From Lama guanicoe (taxonomy: Eukaryota), in NCBI GenBank assembly GCA_013239625.1, contig MU053594.1, forward strand, positions 1,581,654 through 1,634,153: a stretch of 52,500 nucleotides of DNA, in the 5' to 3' direction. A model generated the notes under the pieces. It did no database searches. It was given only the letters and a program-made list of their open reading frames with translations, and was not told the DNA's origin. The translations under genes and the position numbers were made by a program. Every line of letters begins with the position of its first letter. The first letter of the stretch is position 1. Positions 23,587 to 34,935 of the stretch are shown here, piece after piece.

Positions 23587-24329
23587 AAAGATCTTTCCTA
23601 AGCAGTCAAAAAATAAACAGACCCAGAGGCTAGATCATGAAGAAACTAACATTGGTAGTGTCTAGGCTGCCAGCATCCAGGTGCCAGTCTTGCACTGTTC
23701 TTCACACACAGAGGCCACAGCATCACTTGAAGATGGCCTCAGGGATGAGGACAGTGGGACAGTAACTATTCACAAAAGCTAGTGCATCTTCTTACAGAGA
23801 GGCATTCTCTACGCAGAGAGGTTCACAGGAGACCCCCAAACTGTGCAAAGTAGAGCAGCTTGCAAACGAGATAAAGGAAAGGATGAGCTAGCTGAAAAGC
23901 CACCACCACCGAAGAAGAAGAAGAAGGAGGGGGAGAGGGAAGGGGAGGGACGGGGAGGAGGAGGAAACCACCACCAACAATAAACAAACAAACAAAATCT
24001 ATTCGTGATGGAAGCATCACAGTCCATCCTCTACAAATACTTGCTGCCCAGAGGCATCCAATGACTCACAGAAACCTGGGTTCAGCCATGGAGCAGAGAG
24101 GAGAGTCCCCAAAGAAGATAAAAATTTCCGTCAGCAGTGTGATGGAAACGCAGGGTCAAAATTAGGTTAATTTATGTGTGAGGGTAGAATTTAAGATTTC
24201 TTACCCATGTGCGATTGGCAGCAAAACTCAGGCCCTGGTCACTGTTGCTGACTCAGTGGTAGTCCTTCTTCCCCTGCCCGCTCCCTTTCTCCAGGAGTGA
24301 CCAGGATGCTGTCTGTGCCACCATCTGGG

Positions 24330-24693
24330 ACAGATGGCTCTCATCCGTGGTCCAGGGAACCTACTCCAGCCTCCTCCTTGTCTCTGCTTGTCTGCCTTGG
24401 GGCTTTTCCCCTTAAATCTCAGTTGTTAAGAGCAGTCTAAAGGTATTCACACCCCAAGGGCAACCCTTAACCAATGGGGTTGGAAGCTGGTGAATAAAAC
24501 CACCAGCCTCCCCTCCAGAGGGACAGCTCTGATGGGTCCTCATCAGAACTGAGCGCAGCTGCCCATGTGGTAACCAGCTCACGATGACTTTTCTTCCCTT
24601 CCTGTCTCCCTCGCTCCTTTTCCTTGGATCTTCTCCAGACAAACCCAGTCCTTTTTTTCAGGCTCATCTTTCAGGGAAATCCAAACTAAGACA
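24330..24693 (+). mobile_element. LTR16-like (ERVL) solo LTR
   Basis: caacccttaaccaatggggttggaagctggtgaataaaaccaccagcctccc and terminus cagggaaatccaaactaagaca. Confidence 0.7.
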
Positions 24694-25534
24694 AACTCTC
24701 TGCTTCACCTGGCTCATTCCGTGAGGTCCTGGAGCCAGCTCCTGCAACGTATTTGCACATTTCCATCCAACACCAAGGGCTGGAAAAACATAAACCTCTT
24801 AATGTCTGCGAATGAGCTGAGAGGTTTTGGCCGTTTCTAGTTTCTAATCGGGAAACTGCAGCCTTCTCCCCTTTGTATGTGTCGCCTTTAACCATTTCAG
24901 GAAGCTGTTCGTGCCTCTCACCCTCAGCCTGGGTTCCCTGGGGCCCCCTGGCTGGAACCAGCAGATCCTAACTGTTCTGGTCCTCTGCCCCCATTTGTGT
25001 AATGAGCCCCAGGAGGCTGGCGCTCTAAGCATTTCGGTGCCCACTGGCGGGCTTGCAATTTCTTCACTAATTAGGGAGGCAAAAGGGCAATGCAGAGGAG
25101 ACTCTGCTCCTGTATCTGACACCAGCATCACACCAGGTGGTCTGTCCTCCTCCCCCTCCTTCATCCGTCTGCTCAAGCCTGCTGCCTCCCAGCCACAACT
25201 GCTCAGGTTAAGATGCATCAAGATGGAAAGTTGCCACTTGATTAAGATAAAAATAAATTAATCAAAATATGTAACACATTCCTCCTTTGAACAGATGGCC
25301 GGGGAGCTTGCCTCATAACATTGAACATCCAAAATGAATCAGAGGCTCATCTTCCTGTATAATCAAGAATTTGCTCACTGTTTCTACTCCAGCCAGGCGG
25401 GAGTTGGAGATGCCATCAGCAGAGGTTGAAAAACCATTGACCCCCATTGAGTCTCTCCTTAGCTTTGTCCTCAGTCTGTTGGGTAACACTGGTCTGCATC
25501 AGACACCATGTCAGTGTGTGCATGAAGATGGGGT

Positions 25535-26063
25535 GGGGGAGCCAAGAGGGTATAAAATAAATGAAAGATGTGTCAGTCTGCCCTCTCAGCAGCGATAAAG
25601 CTACCCTTTATTGAGGTGGGAAGCCACATGAAAAAAACCGGCAAGACCCCTAGGCAGGGCCACTACTTTCCTGCCAGCACCATCCAGTTCCCTTGCCCAG
25701 CAGCATTATCTCGCTTTTTGCCTCTAAAACGGCTTGCTTCTAGGAAAGCAGAATTTACCCCTAAAATTCTATTGGTTCCCTGAGCTAACTCCTGATTGGT
25801 CCATTTCTATCACTCCTGATTGGTCCATTTCTATAAAGCTCATTCCTGATTAGTCAAATTTGTTACACCTTATTTGCATATGACGTTGCAAAGTCTATAC
25901 TGGCAGCCTATAAAAGCCTGTGTAAACCTACAGATGGGGTCCAGAGCTTGAACTGTTAACTCCTCTGGGCCCGCTGGTGTAATAAACCTGGGTTCTCCAA
26001 CCATCCAAGTGCTGCTTGGTCTCTCATTAGGATTCAGGTAGCTGTCACAACTGAGCTATAACA
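25535..26063 (+). mobile_element. Well-preserved solo LTR (possibly ERV2-like); 5' boundary uncertain
   Basis: Ordered CCAAT boxes, octamer 25872, TATAAAA 25909, AATAAA 25981 and terminal ...ctataaca 26063; no clean TSD found. Confidence 0.7.
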
Positions 26064-26711
26064 CACTTTGCTGCAACATTATCAGACTGCACCTGTTGAC
26101 ACTTTTTCCATAGAAAAAGTATTCCAGCCACCTCCTGTTCTTTATCTCTTGGAGACATCCCAGTCCAGACTCTTGTCACTTCACTCCAGTTACAACATTT
26201 GGGCATATTGCGTTATGATTTATTTGTTTACTTGTCTTAGCTCCCTTGAGCTCTTTGAAGGCAAGGATAATTTCTTATGTGACTTGATATCACAGAACCC
26301 AGCAAAGACTTAAATAAATGTTGAATGAATGAATAAAAAAAAGACCAGAATTATTGAAAGAGCCTCTCAGTTGGTCTAGCTTCCTCCATTCTCTTTGCTC
26401 TATTCCACGTGGACACTAATTTAAATCCGTCCAAAACTTTCAATAAGACAGACCTATGGTTGCTATGAAATTATCTCTGTGATATACAATGAGGTGAAAA
26501 AAGGAAGATTCAGAATAATGCATGTATAATAGATGTAAAATTGATTTAAATGGAGAGGAAGGACATGTACATATATGGTTCATACATTCCTAAATATTTA
26601 TAAGATATATAATAAAATGAATAAATGGTTAACTTGGGGAAGGGGGAGCTGGGACTTGGGGATGGAAAATAACCTTTCTTTTTCTTACATATCCCTCTGT
26701 GTTCTGAATTT

Positions 26712-26857
26712 TTTCTTTTAATATTTATTTTATTTTTATTGGGGGGTGGGGAGGTAATTAGGTTTATTCATTTATTTCTTAATGGAGGTACTGGGGATTG
26801 AACCCAGGACCTTGTGTATGCTAAGCAGGCACTGTACCACTGAGCTATACCCTCCCC
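26712..26857 (-). repeat. tRNA-Ala-derived SINE (Vic-1-like)
   Basis: ggaggtaattaggttta...tggaggtactggggattgaacccaggaccttgtgtatgctaagc...ccactgagctataccctcccc. Confidence 0.9.
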
Positions 26858-27069
26858 TCTGTATTTTTTTTTCAATTTAAAAAGCCAGTAAATAATAATT
26901 TTAGGAATCACTGGTTAAATTGCTCTCCTGCTCAAAAATATTCATTGACCATTTTCTGTAAGGCAGTTAATCTCATAAACCCCAACCTAACTTCTGAATC
27001 TTTCTCTGATTGAAATTCTCTGCAGACCTTCTCATCAGTCAGTTAGTCACCACACTACGGAATCATATT

Positions 27070-27335
27070 TGTTAGTCATTAGAGCTTTTCACAGATATCC
27101 CTCCTTCCAGGCACATGATAAGATTGCCCTTCCCTGCCCCTTTTAAAGTTAGGGGTGGTCGTGGGCATGGATGGAAGGTAGGTGTGTTAAGAGCTTGTGG
27201 CAGGCAGCTTCCAAAATGGCGCCCAATGATCCTCACCTCCTGACACTTACACACTCTTGCTGTCTCCTCCCCTTGAGTGTACTCTGGACCTAATGACTTA
27301 CTTCTTAGGGCAAAAATAAAGGGATGTCATTTCAC
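27070..27335 (+). mobile_element. MLT1 (MaLR) LTR 5' fragments
   Basis: tgtggcaggcagcttccaaaatggcgcccaatgatcctcacctcctg from about 27196, preceded by a second MLT1-like fragment. Confidence 0.6.
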
Positions 27336-27639
27336 TTGGCCAGCACACCTTGCATCCATAGCACAGGATGCCTTAAACATCACACAGTGCCTCACTCAGT
27401 GCCTTGCGCATGGTTAGAGCCAGTAACTGCTAAATTAATAATAATATTATGACCTCAACAGATTACTGGTAAATAATATAAAACAAGAATATATCAATAT
27501 AATGATGTGATGCAATCTTAAGGAAATGATATAGCAAATTAGTGCAGAGGATGATTTGAGAGCAGATAAGAAAGGCTTTCTGCAGGAGAACTTGGGTACA
27601 AATTTGTAAGGGGACAGAGAAATGACTTCACATCTAACA

Positions 27640-27865
27640 GATACTGTGCCAAGCTTACCAGGCTCCATGCTGTAAATGTATGATTTTCTTTAACCTTCAA
27701 ATCAGCCCTACAAGGTATATTCTATTCTCCTCACTTTACAAATGAGGAAAAGGGGTTCAGAGAGGTGAAGCTATTGGCCCAAGGTCACAAAGTTAACCAA
27801 TGGCAGAAGCAACCCGAAGCCCAGATCTGCCTCTCTCCAAAACCCATCTCTCTACCGCACCAAGA
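27640..27865 (-). repeat. MIR SINE
   Basis: actttacaaatgaggaaaaggggttcagagaggtgaagctattggcccaaggtcaca. Confidence 0.75.
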
Positions 27866-27869
27866 CATA

Positions 27870-28075
27870 AATTTAGATGCAAGTCTGGTCCTGCCACTTC
27901 CTGGCTAGATGGCCTTGGCAGGTTTCTTAATCTCTCTTGCCCCAGTTTCCAACTTGGGGTTAATGAAAGATTGTCTCTATCTCATAGGGTTGTTTTGAGT
28001 ATTAAATGGCAAGTGTAGAGTGCATAGAACAGTCCATGGGCCATGGTAGGTCCTCAATAAATGTTAGCCATTGTT
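27870..28075 (+). repeat. MIR SINE
   Basis: ccttggcaggtttcttaatctctc...tctcatagggttgttttgagtattaaatg...ctcaataaatgttagc. Confidence 0.75.
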
Positions 28076-28367
28076 ATATTTTTTTTTGGTGAATTTCAGA
28101 AAAAAAGACTTTTTTCCCTCCCCCAGAAAAGAAAGTTTATTAATGCTCCTTTCACTGGCATCTACTTTTATTTGGTGTTCCTATAGCCTGAGCCTTAGAA
28201 TTACAAGAAGGGAGTTTCGCAAACCTAAAAAGCCACGTGGGAAACCCAAGAGCTGATTTCATCTCACCTGCCCCCTACTCCTCCCCACCCGCTTCCTGGC
28301 CACGCCATGCTAGCCCCGAGGCCACGGCGCTAACTCAAGGAGAGGCTGATTCTGACAGATCCCCAAA

Positions 28368-28518
28368 CAGGGCTAGCTGCACAATTCACAGGGCCCAGTG
28401 CAAAAGGAAAACGTGGGGCCCCCTTTTCAAAAGCTATTAAGACTCAAGACAGTGACGATGACCTTGAAACCAAACACAGGCCCTCCCCACAGGTCACATG
28501 CCCATGAAGCTGTCCCTG
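28368..28518. mobile_element. MER45A-like hAT-Tip100 MITE
   Basis: Terminal inverted repeats cagggctagct / agctgtccctg; internal gggcccagtgcaaaaggaaaacgtggggcccc; degenerate 8-bp TSD tccccaaa/tcctcaga. Confidence 0.8.
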
Positions 28519-30899
28519 TCCTCAGACCTCTTTAGAGGGGGCAAAACGGCTGGGAGAGTTGGAGAGAAATAAGCCAAGCCGTCTCCCACCCTGGCTTCTC
28601 CATCCAGGCAAACCCTGATGTCCAAACCTCCTTCCTGTCCATTAACTCAGTATTTTGATTAAAAATCACGATAAACTTGGGGGTGCAACAAAAGAAGAAA
28701 TGGATGTTTTAATACAACTCATTAGAACACCTTTATTAACTCCAGAAATAGAAAGAGGCTATAAAATAGAAAGATTAGTTTAAAACCAACACTGCCCTGG
28801 TAAGGGCGGCCACAATTCCAGGAACATTAATTGCTAGGTTGTCGCTTTACTGATTAAATAAGAAATCTCAAATACCATTAGACAATTGTGATTAAATGTA
28901 TGTCATCCTAATTGAATGTGCGGTTTATTGCTTTCCACTGGATCGGCAGGTCACCTTTCTGTTTCGTATATTTGGAAACAGGCGTGTCTCTGCAGTGACA
29001 GCAGGCAGAGCCATCACTTCTCAGACAGCCCTGAAACCCACTGGAGCTGCATCCTAAAATATGGCTGGATCTGCCGGTGGGGAAGGAGTGTGCCATACAA
29101 GAAGGAACCTGAGATGATGGAAATAAATTGCACTTAATGTCAAGGCCGGGCACTTCTCCCTTTGATCTCATTACCTGGCTCTGGGTTTTCTGACACCGGA
29201 GATGTTGGCAGTCCCTCTAGCTTTGGAGTCATTTGAGGACTTGAGGGAGTGGGGCATCTTCTTGGCTCAGGGAGGAAGCTCTCCTGAGTCCTTGACACTG
29301 GATCTGGCTGGGATCATGGGGAAATGAAAAACCTTTGGTCTAATCTCGCCCTCACCCATGCTAAGAAGCCTGGGCAGAATAGTCTTCCAAGGCCCATTCT
29401 TTTTTTTCTTTCCCAAGGACAAGGGTACAAAATTAATTTTTGTCACCACTCTGACTGATTTTCGCCACCAATTCATCCCCTGGGACATGGACTATAATCT
29501 CCCTACCCTGCTCTTTCTTTGCTTGGATTAACGGCCAAGGCGAAGTGGGACAAGCATCATGCCGTGTGCTTGTGAGCTCTGTCGCCCTGCCAGGCACATG
29601 ATTGGTGGGGGAGGGAACAAGACAGCGCCAGTCCCAGGCAGCCTTCCTCCCCAGGGTGCACATGCGCTCACATGTGCTCACAAGCGTGCACACCACGATC
29701 TTTCTAAATTCCAGATCCTGTCGCTACTCTGCTTCAGGGGAAAGTTGGATTTGTCCTACTAGCTGGGCCTTCCAGGCCCTTCACCACCTGATCCCCCAAG
29801 GACATCCTGCACCATGGTGCGGATTCTCAACAGACCCCAACTCGGTGACCCCACTGTGTCTTTGCTCACGCCATCTGCTCCCCCAGAATCCTCGTTACGG
29901 TTATGGGGAAATTACTTGATCACCGTGCTTCTTCTCTACCCCCTGGCAAGGAATGTGAGATTTCTTCCCCTCTTGAGTTAAGCTACTGTTCCTGAGGTAC
30001 CTAGGCCCCCCTGTCACCAGGGAGCAGTCAACATGGTTTGAGATTTCAGTTTAAATGGGGAGAAAAGAGGGTTCGGCTCAGACTCAGCCTGTTGGTGAAG
30101 CTGAGACTCACAAGCTGCTGGCTGAGTGTTCCCAGGGGAAACGCAGCCACCAGGCCCTGGCATTGGGAGGCGCAGTGTGCCGTGGTGAGACCAGGGCCAC
30201 CCGCAAAGCTGCACATCATCTGGGAGACCAGACTGGTATGGACAGGAATGTGGGGACTGGCTGGGTCAGGGGGCACCCAATGCCAGACAGATGGGGAAGG
30301 CCAGCTTGGGAGAGGAGCCTCAGATGCCTGCAGAGGGACACCATAAGAGAAACTCACATCAGTTCTGGGGCCCCTAGAAGACTGTAGGGAGGGGAGGGTC
30401 GCCCCAAGTAATGACTGGTTTCTAGTCCTCTCGTCCACCTTGAACAGCAGAAGCCCAGAGACAGAGTTGCTTTGATCAGGCACTTGTACCTAAGTGTCAT
30501 GCACTAGGCCCACCCTTCTCCTCCTGCCCACACAAGAGTGCATCTCCTCCATGAAGTCTTCCAGCACTGCTTCTGCCCCCAGCCTCGTGTCCATGATATT
30601 GGGAGAGCACTGACCACACTGTGTGCCAGCAGGTGTATGCCAGCATCTCCCCGGCTAGATTAAGCCCATCCTTGTATCCCCAGGGCCGAGCACAAAGTAC
30701 ATGCTCAGTAAAAACTGATGGCAGAGAAAAGGGAGGGAGGGAAGGAAGCTCAGGCTGCCCAGATCACCACCGAGCTACCTCCTACTCATCAGCAAACCAA
30801 GCCCTCTCCCAGCTGCCCCTGCTCCTCCACTACCTCCACTGGGCTCTGCTATGCATGCCTGTAACACTCCAGATACCCGCTACCATACTTGACTCAGTG

Positions 30900-31146
30900 A
30901 GAGGCAGTACAATATACTGGTCACAAGCCCTACCTCTGGAGCTAGCTCATCTGGGTTCAAATCCTCGCTCTGCAACTTACTAGCTGTGTGACCTTAGGTA
31001 AATTATTTAACATCTCTGTGCTTCATATGCAATTAAGGGGCTATAACAACCCTTACTTCATGGGGTTGTTGTGAGGGTTAAATGAGTAGAGCATGCAAAT
31101 TATTTAGAGGGATATGTGGCATGTAGTAAATGCTGTATTATTATTG
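30900..31146 (+). repeat. Near full-length MIR SINE
   Basis: ctgggttcaaatcctcgctctgcaacttactagctgtgtgaccttaggtaaattatttaacatctctgtgc...gggttgttgtgagggttaaatgag. Confidence 0.9.
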
Positions 31147-31164
31147 CATTGATTATCTACTTAA

Positions 31165-31315
31165 AAACTTGCCTCCCCACTAAGCCAGGAGCTCCCTGAG
31201 GATAAGAACTGTGTTTAGTTTATTTTTATATATCCAGTACTTAGCACAACCCCTAGCCTGGCTTAGAATAAGCATCAATAAATGATTGAAGGATGAAAGA
31301 ATGAATGAATGAATG
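31165..31315 (+). repeat. L2 LINE 3' end
   Basis: gagctccctgaggataagaactgtgt...aataaatgattgaaggatgaaagaatgaatgaatgaatg. Confidence 0.75.
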
Positions 31316-31572
31316 GTGGAGATTTTAGGTCAGAGTGTAGGGCTATGGCAAGCCTGTGGAAGAGAGGGACCTGAGGGCTATGGGTGGTGTCACCTTTAAG
31401 ACAGCTTGGCAAGGGACAAACAAGTTTGCAGTGGGCCGGGAGAGATGGAGTAGAATCTCCAGGGGTGCTGAGGCCACAGAGGGAAAACTAGAGGCCCCAA
31501 AGTCTCAGGATTAAGATGGGAGGAGATTGAAAAGGGACAGGGACAGAAAGAGCTGCCTTTCCCTCCCCCTTT

Positions 31573-32778
31573 TGTTACTGAACTGAACTCAGTTCCATTC
31601 ACCTAACCTGCAGCAAAGCCATTTTACCTGGTTGTGGAGAAGGAAAGTACAGCATTTATTGCAGGGCACCAAGCAAGGAGAATGGGTGGCTAGTGCTCAA
31701 ATGACCCAACTCCCAGATGGAATTCAGGGAAGGGTCTTTAAAGGCAACATTAGGGGTGAGGGTTGCAAAGGGTATGATCAGCTTGTGGACATTCTTCTGA
31801 TTGGTCGATGATGAGGTAACAGGGTGGTGTTCTGGGAATCTTAATCATCAACCTTCTGGTTCCAACCAGTCTGGGGTCTGTGTGCTGTGGTCAGCTTGTA
31901 GTCACCATCCTCCACCAGGTGGGGATCTTAGTTTCTGCAAAACAACATGTTAGATATGTGTATTCCTTCAGAAGGAAATAGGAGCCCTGTGACTCTATTG
32001 TGCTAATCATTAACTGCTTGAGTCTGCTCTTTGGAAGTCAGGGGAAGGCCAAATGAGAAAGAGGGGGCCTGGAGGGGCTTGTGCCCAGAAAGGCCCCACA
32101 GGGCCCTGCTAGGTTTCAGTTCCCTCTTTTCTTGGACAAGAATCTGAGACAGGAGGGAAGGGGGTAGGGCACAACCATTAATAGAATGACATAGCCATTG
32201 AGGGTACGACATCAACTGCTTAGAACCATTTAGGCCCAAGATGGTGGAAGATTCAAATTCCAGTACACCTTGAGCATCATTATCTGCTCACTGTTAATAC
32301 ATTAGCATGCCAAGTGACACACCCACAGTTCCCAGGCTGACCATAAAAGGCCAAAAAGTGGGCAGTCACCCAGTTCCTGGAAATCCCCACCCCTTCCCCA
32401 AAACAGTTGGAACAATCCTCCCACTTGCGAGTGTACGAAATTGCCCATCCCATGAAAACTAACCACTCCCGCCCCCCAGGGGCCACTCTGCCTTCTGAGA
32501 CAGACCGTATGCTGTCTATGGAACCTGTATCTCTCTAAATAAATTTGCTTTCACTTTACCGTGGCTCTCTCTTGAATTCTTTCCTGGGCAAAGCCAAGGA
32601 CCCTCACTTGGCAGGCGCATCCCAGGGACTCACCTGAGACTTGGTACAAGACCATCCTCTTATGCCCCATTTTCCTACAACGAATCCTAAGGGGAATGGG
32701 CACAGGACAAGAAATGGATACAGTCTTGGGTAGAGACGGTAATCATACACTCAGCAGGGGAACTCAGTTTTAGGGACA
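31573..32778 (-). mobile_element. ERV1-class LTR element hosting a nested MER41-like LTR
   Basis: tgttactgaac...ggaaagtacagcatttattgcagggcaccaagcaaggagaatggg...ctgattggtc...gccctgctaggtttca; related sequence resumes after 32686. Confidence 0.7.
32145..32682 (+). mobile_element. MER41-like ERV1 solo LTR
   Basis: Starts tgagacagg; YY1-like caagatggtgg; ccataaaaggccaaaaagtgggc; GAS ttcctggaa; AATAAA 32538; ttgaattctttcctgggcaaagccaagg; 4-bp TSD aatc at 32141-32144 and 32683-32686. Confidence 0.8.
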
Positions 32779-32799
32779 ATGAAGTAGGGGTTATTGTAG

Positions 32800-32900
32800 C
32801 CCCTTTATTGCAGATGAAGCACAGAGATGTTAAACAATTTACCTAAGGTCACACAGCTAATAAGTTGCAGAGCGAAGATTTGATCCATCGAGCTACCACC
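32800..32900 (-). repeat. MIR SINE core
   Basis: ttgcagatgaagcacagagatgttaaacaatttacctaaggtcacacagctaataagt. Confidence 0.7.
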
Positions 32901-34089
32901 TTCTCCCCTCCCACACTCAGGAAGAGCAAGATAGAGCAAGGCTAAATAAAAGGAAAGCCTTGGGTCACTGCTATGGTGTAGGTAGGTCACAGAAAGAAAA
33001 AGGCTACACCAAAATAGCCAGGCTGCTCATTCAGCCACCCTTCTGGCCGGTGCTCCTGTGGGCAGAGAAGGTCTTGGCACTTCTGTGCAGCCTGAAATAA
33101 ATGATGAGAGAAATACAAACATGAGGCTGACAGCGCCTGTGAGAGATGCATACAGGAAGGCTTTCTTTCCATTTCTTCAATTCTTCTTTGGTACAAAACA
33201 AAAATCAATAACAGCTCACTCTGAATTTACAACTTTCCCCATTTGGAGGTCCATCTTTTAAGCCTCCTTTAAACACATTGTCCTTACTCAAGCCTCAGGT
33301 CTGGAGAACAGAATCCCTCCACCTAGTTCGTAAACACAACCAAGAGAGGGTCTGACAGAAGCCAGGGCTGCAGCCACCTCTGAGAAGGGTGTCTCTGCAT
33401 TAGAATTTGTAGTCAAAGGCCCCGGCCTGCATAGGTTCCAGAATCTCATTTCATCTCTGCCGTGCACTTCACAGGCCGGTAGGTGTGACAAATTGTCTTA
33501 TCTTTGTCTAACCTTTGTTGGACCCAGGCTTGCTTCAGGGTTTAACTTTAATATATGGCTTCAGTTTAATAGCAAAGTGGTTCTCTTAAAAATGTCAGAT
33601 TGTAAAATGCTGAGTCACTCACCGAGAAAAGGCTGGTCCTGAGTAGAAATTAGAATCACTGGGGCACGCGGGGTAACGCCACATATCTTCAGTCTAAATA
33701 GAGGGAGATGGAGCTTAAGTTCAGATCAAATTTAGAAGGTAATTCTGAGCTCCAAAAGGACTGTGTGCCCTGGGGGACGAGAATAAATCAGCTGAAGGGA
33801 TGAAGCATCCGTTGAAATATTGTTACACCTAGAAGTAAACACAGTGGAGTAGATGTGACATTTAAAATTTTATGGACTTAACCACTGACTAAGCTGTCCT
33901 AAGTGAGACAAAACTAGGAAGACAACCAAGCAAACAGAGTTAGAGGTGCAAGAAGCGCTCCAATCTTGCCCACGCGCCTAGGAGGTTCGTCTATTTCTGC
34001 TGGATAATTGAATTGTCTTTGCATTTACACGTGAATTAAACTCCCCAGGAATAATTGCTTTCAGGCAGAACAATTAATGAAGCCCAAAA

Positions 34090-34935
34090 GTCAGTGAGCA
34101 AAACATGATCAGAAACGGGATGTTTATAAAACATCTCCCTGCCAAATACTTTTTGCAAAAGTAAAAGCAGGAACTTTACAATGCAGAAATCTGGCGGTGC
34201 CCACCGTAAACATGAGAACAAAGTTAACATCGCCGGTACCAGAACAGAGAGAGGTCCTGCGCCTCCGGACATGATGCTCTGAGAAAGGCACAGTCTTACT
34301 TCTGTGGTGCTCTTGCCAAAAACACCTAGCCCGGGTTTAACTCACAATGAAGCCTGAACTTATGACAAGGAATGGGATGATGGCCACTAAGGGATCATGA
34401 CGTTTAAAAATAAAGGGAGAAAAAGTAAGTCACCTAACCCCAAACCAGGTCGAGGTGATTTGGAAAGTACATGTATTTGTAAACGTTTTTGAAGTCAAAG
34501 CAATTAAAAAAAAAACACACACACACAATGAAACACCACCTAAACCCAAATTTAGAACATTCTAGAAGATTAAGAACTAGAAGATAACTGGCCAGCACTT
34601 TTCAAAGGTGAAAAGATCATGAGAGAAAAATTAAAACCAAAGAACTGTTTCAGATGAAAAAAGACTAAGGAGATAGGACAATTGTATGCAACATGCGATC
34701 CTGGAATGGGTCCTGGACCTGAGAAAAGGCGTAGTGGAAAAACTGGCAACAATCTGAATTAAGTCTGCAGACTAGACAATCGTATGGATCAGTGCTCATA
34801 GCCCTGCACCTTGTCCTCTAGGTTACATAAGATGTTAACATTCGGGGGAATCTGGGTGAGGGGAATTTTGGTAGTATTTTTGCAGCTTTTGTCTTAAGTC
34901 TGAAATGAATTCAAAATGAAAAGTTAAAAAAAAAA
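34090..34935 (+). repeat. L1MC-type 3' UTR fragments
   Basis: aactttacaatgcagaaatctggc, acatgatgctctgagaaaggcac, gaactgtttcagatgaaaaaagactaaggagat, aagtctgaaatgaattcaaaatgaaaagttaaaaaa. Confidence 0.75.
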
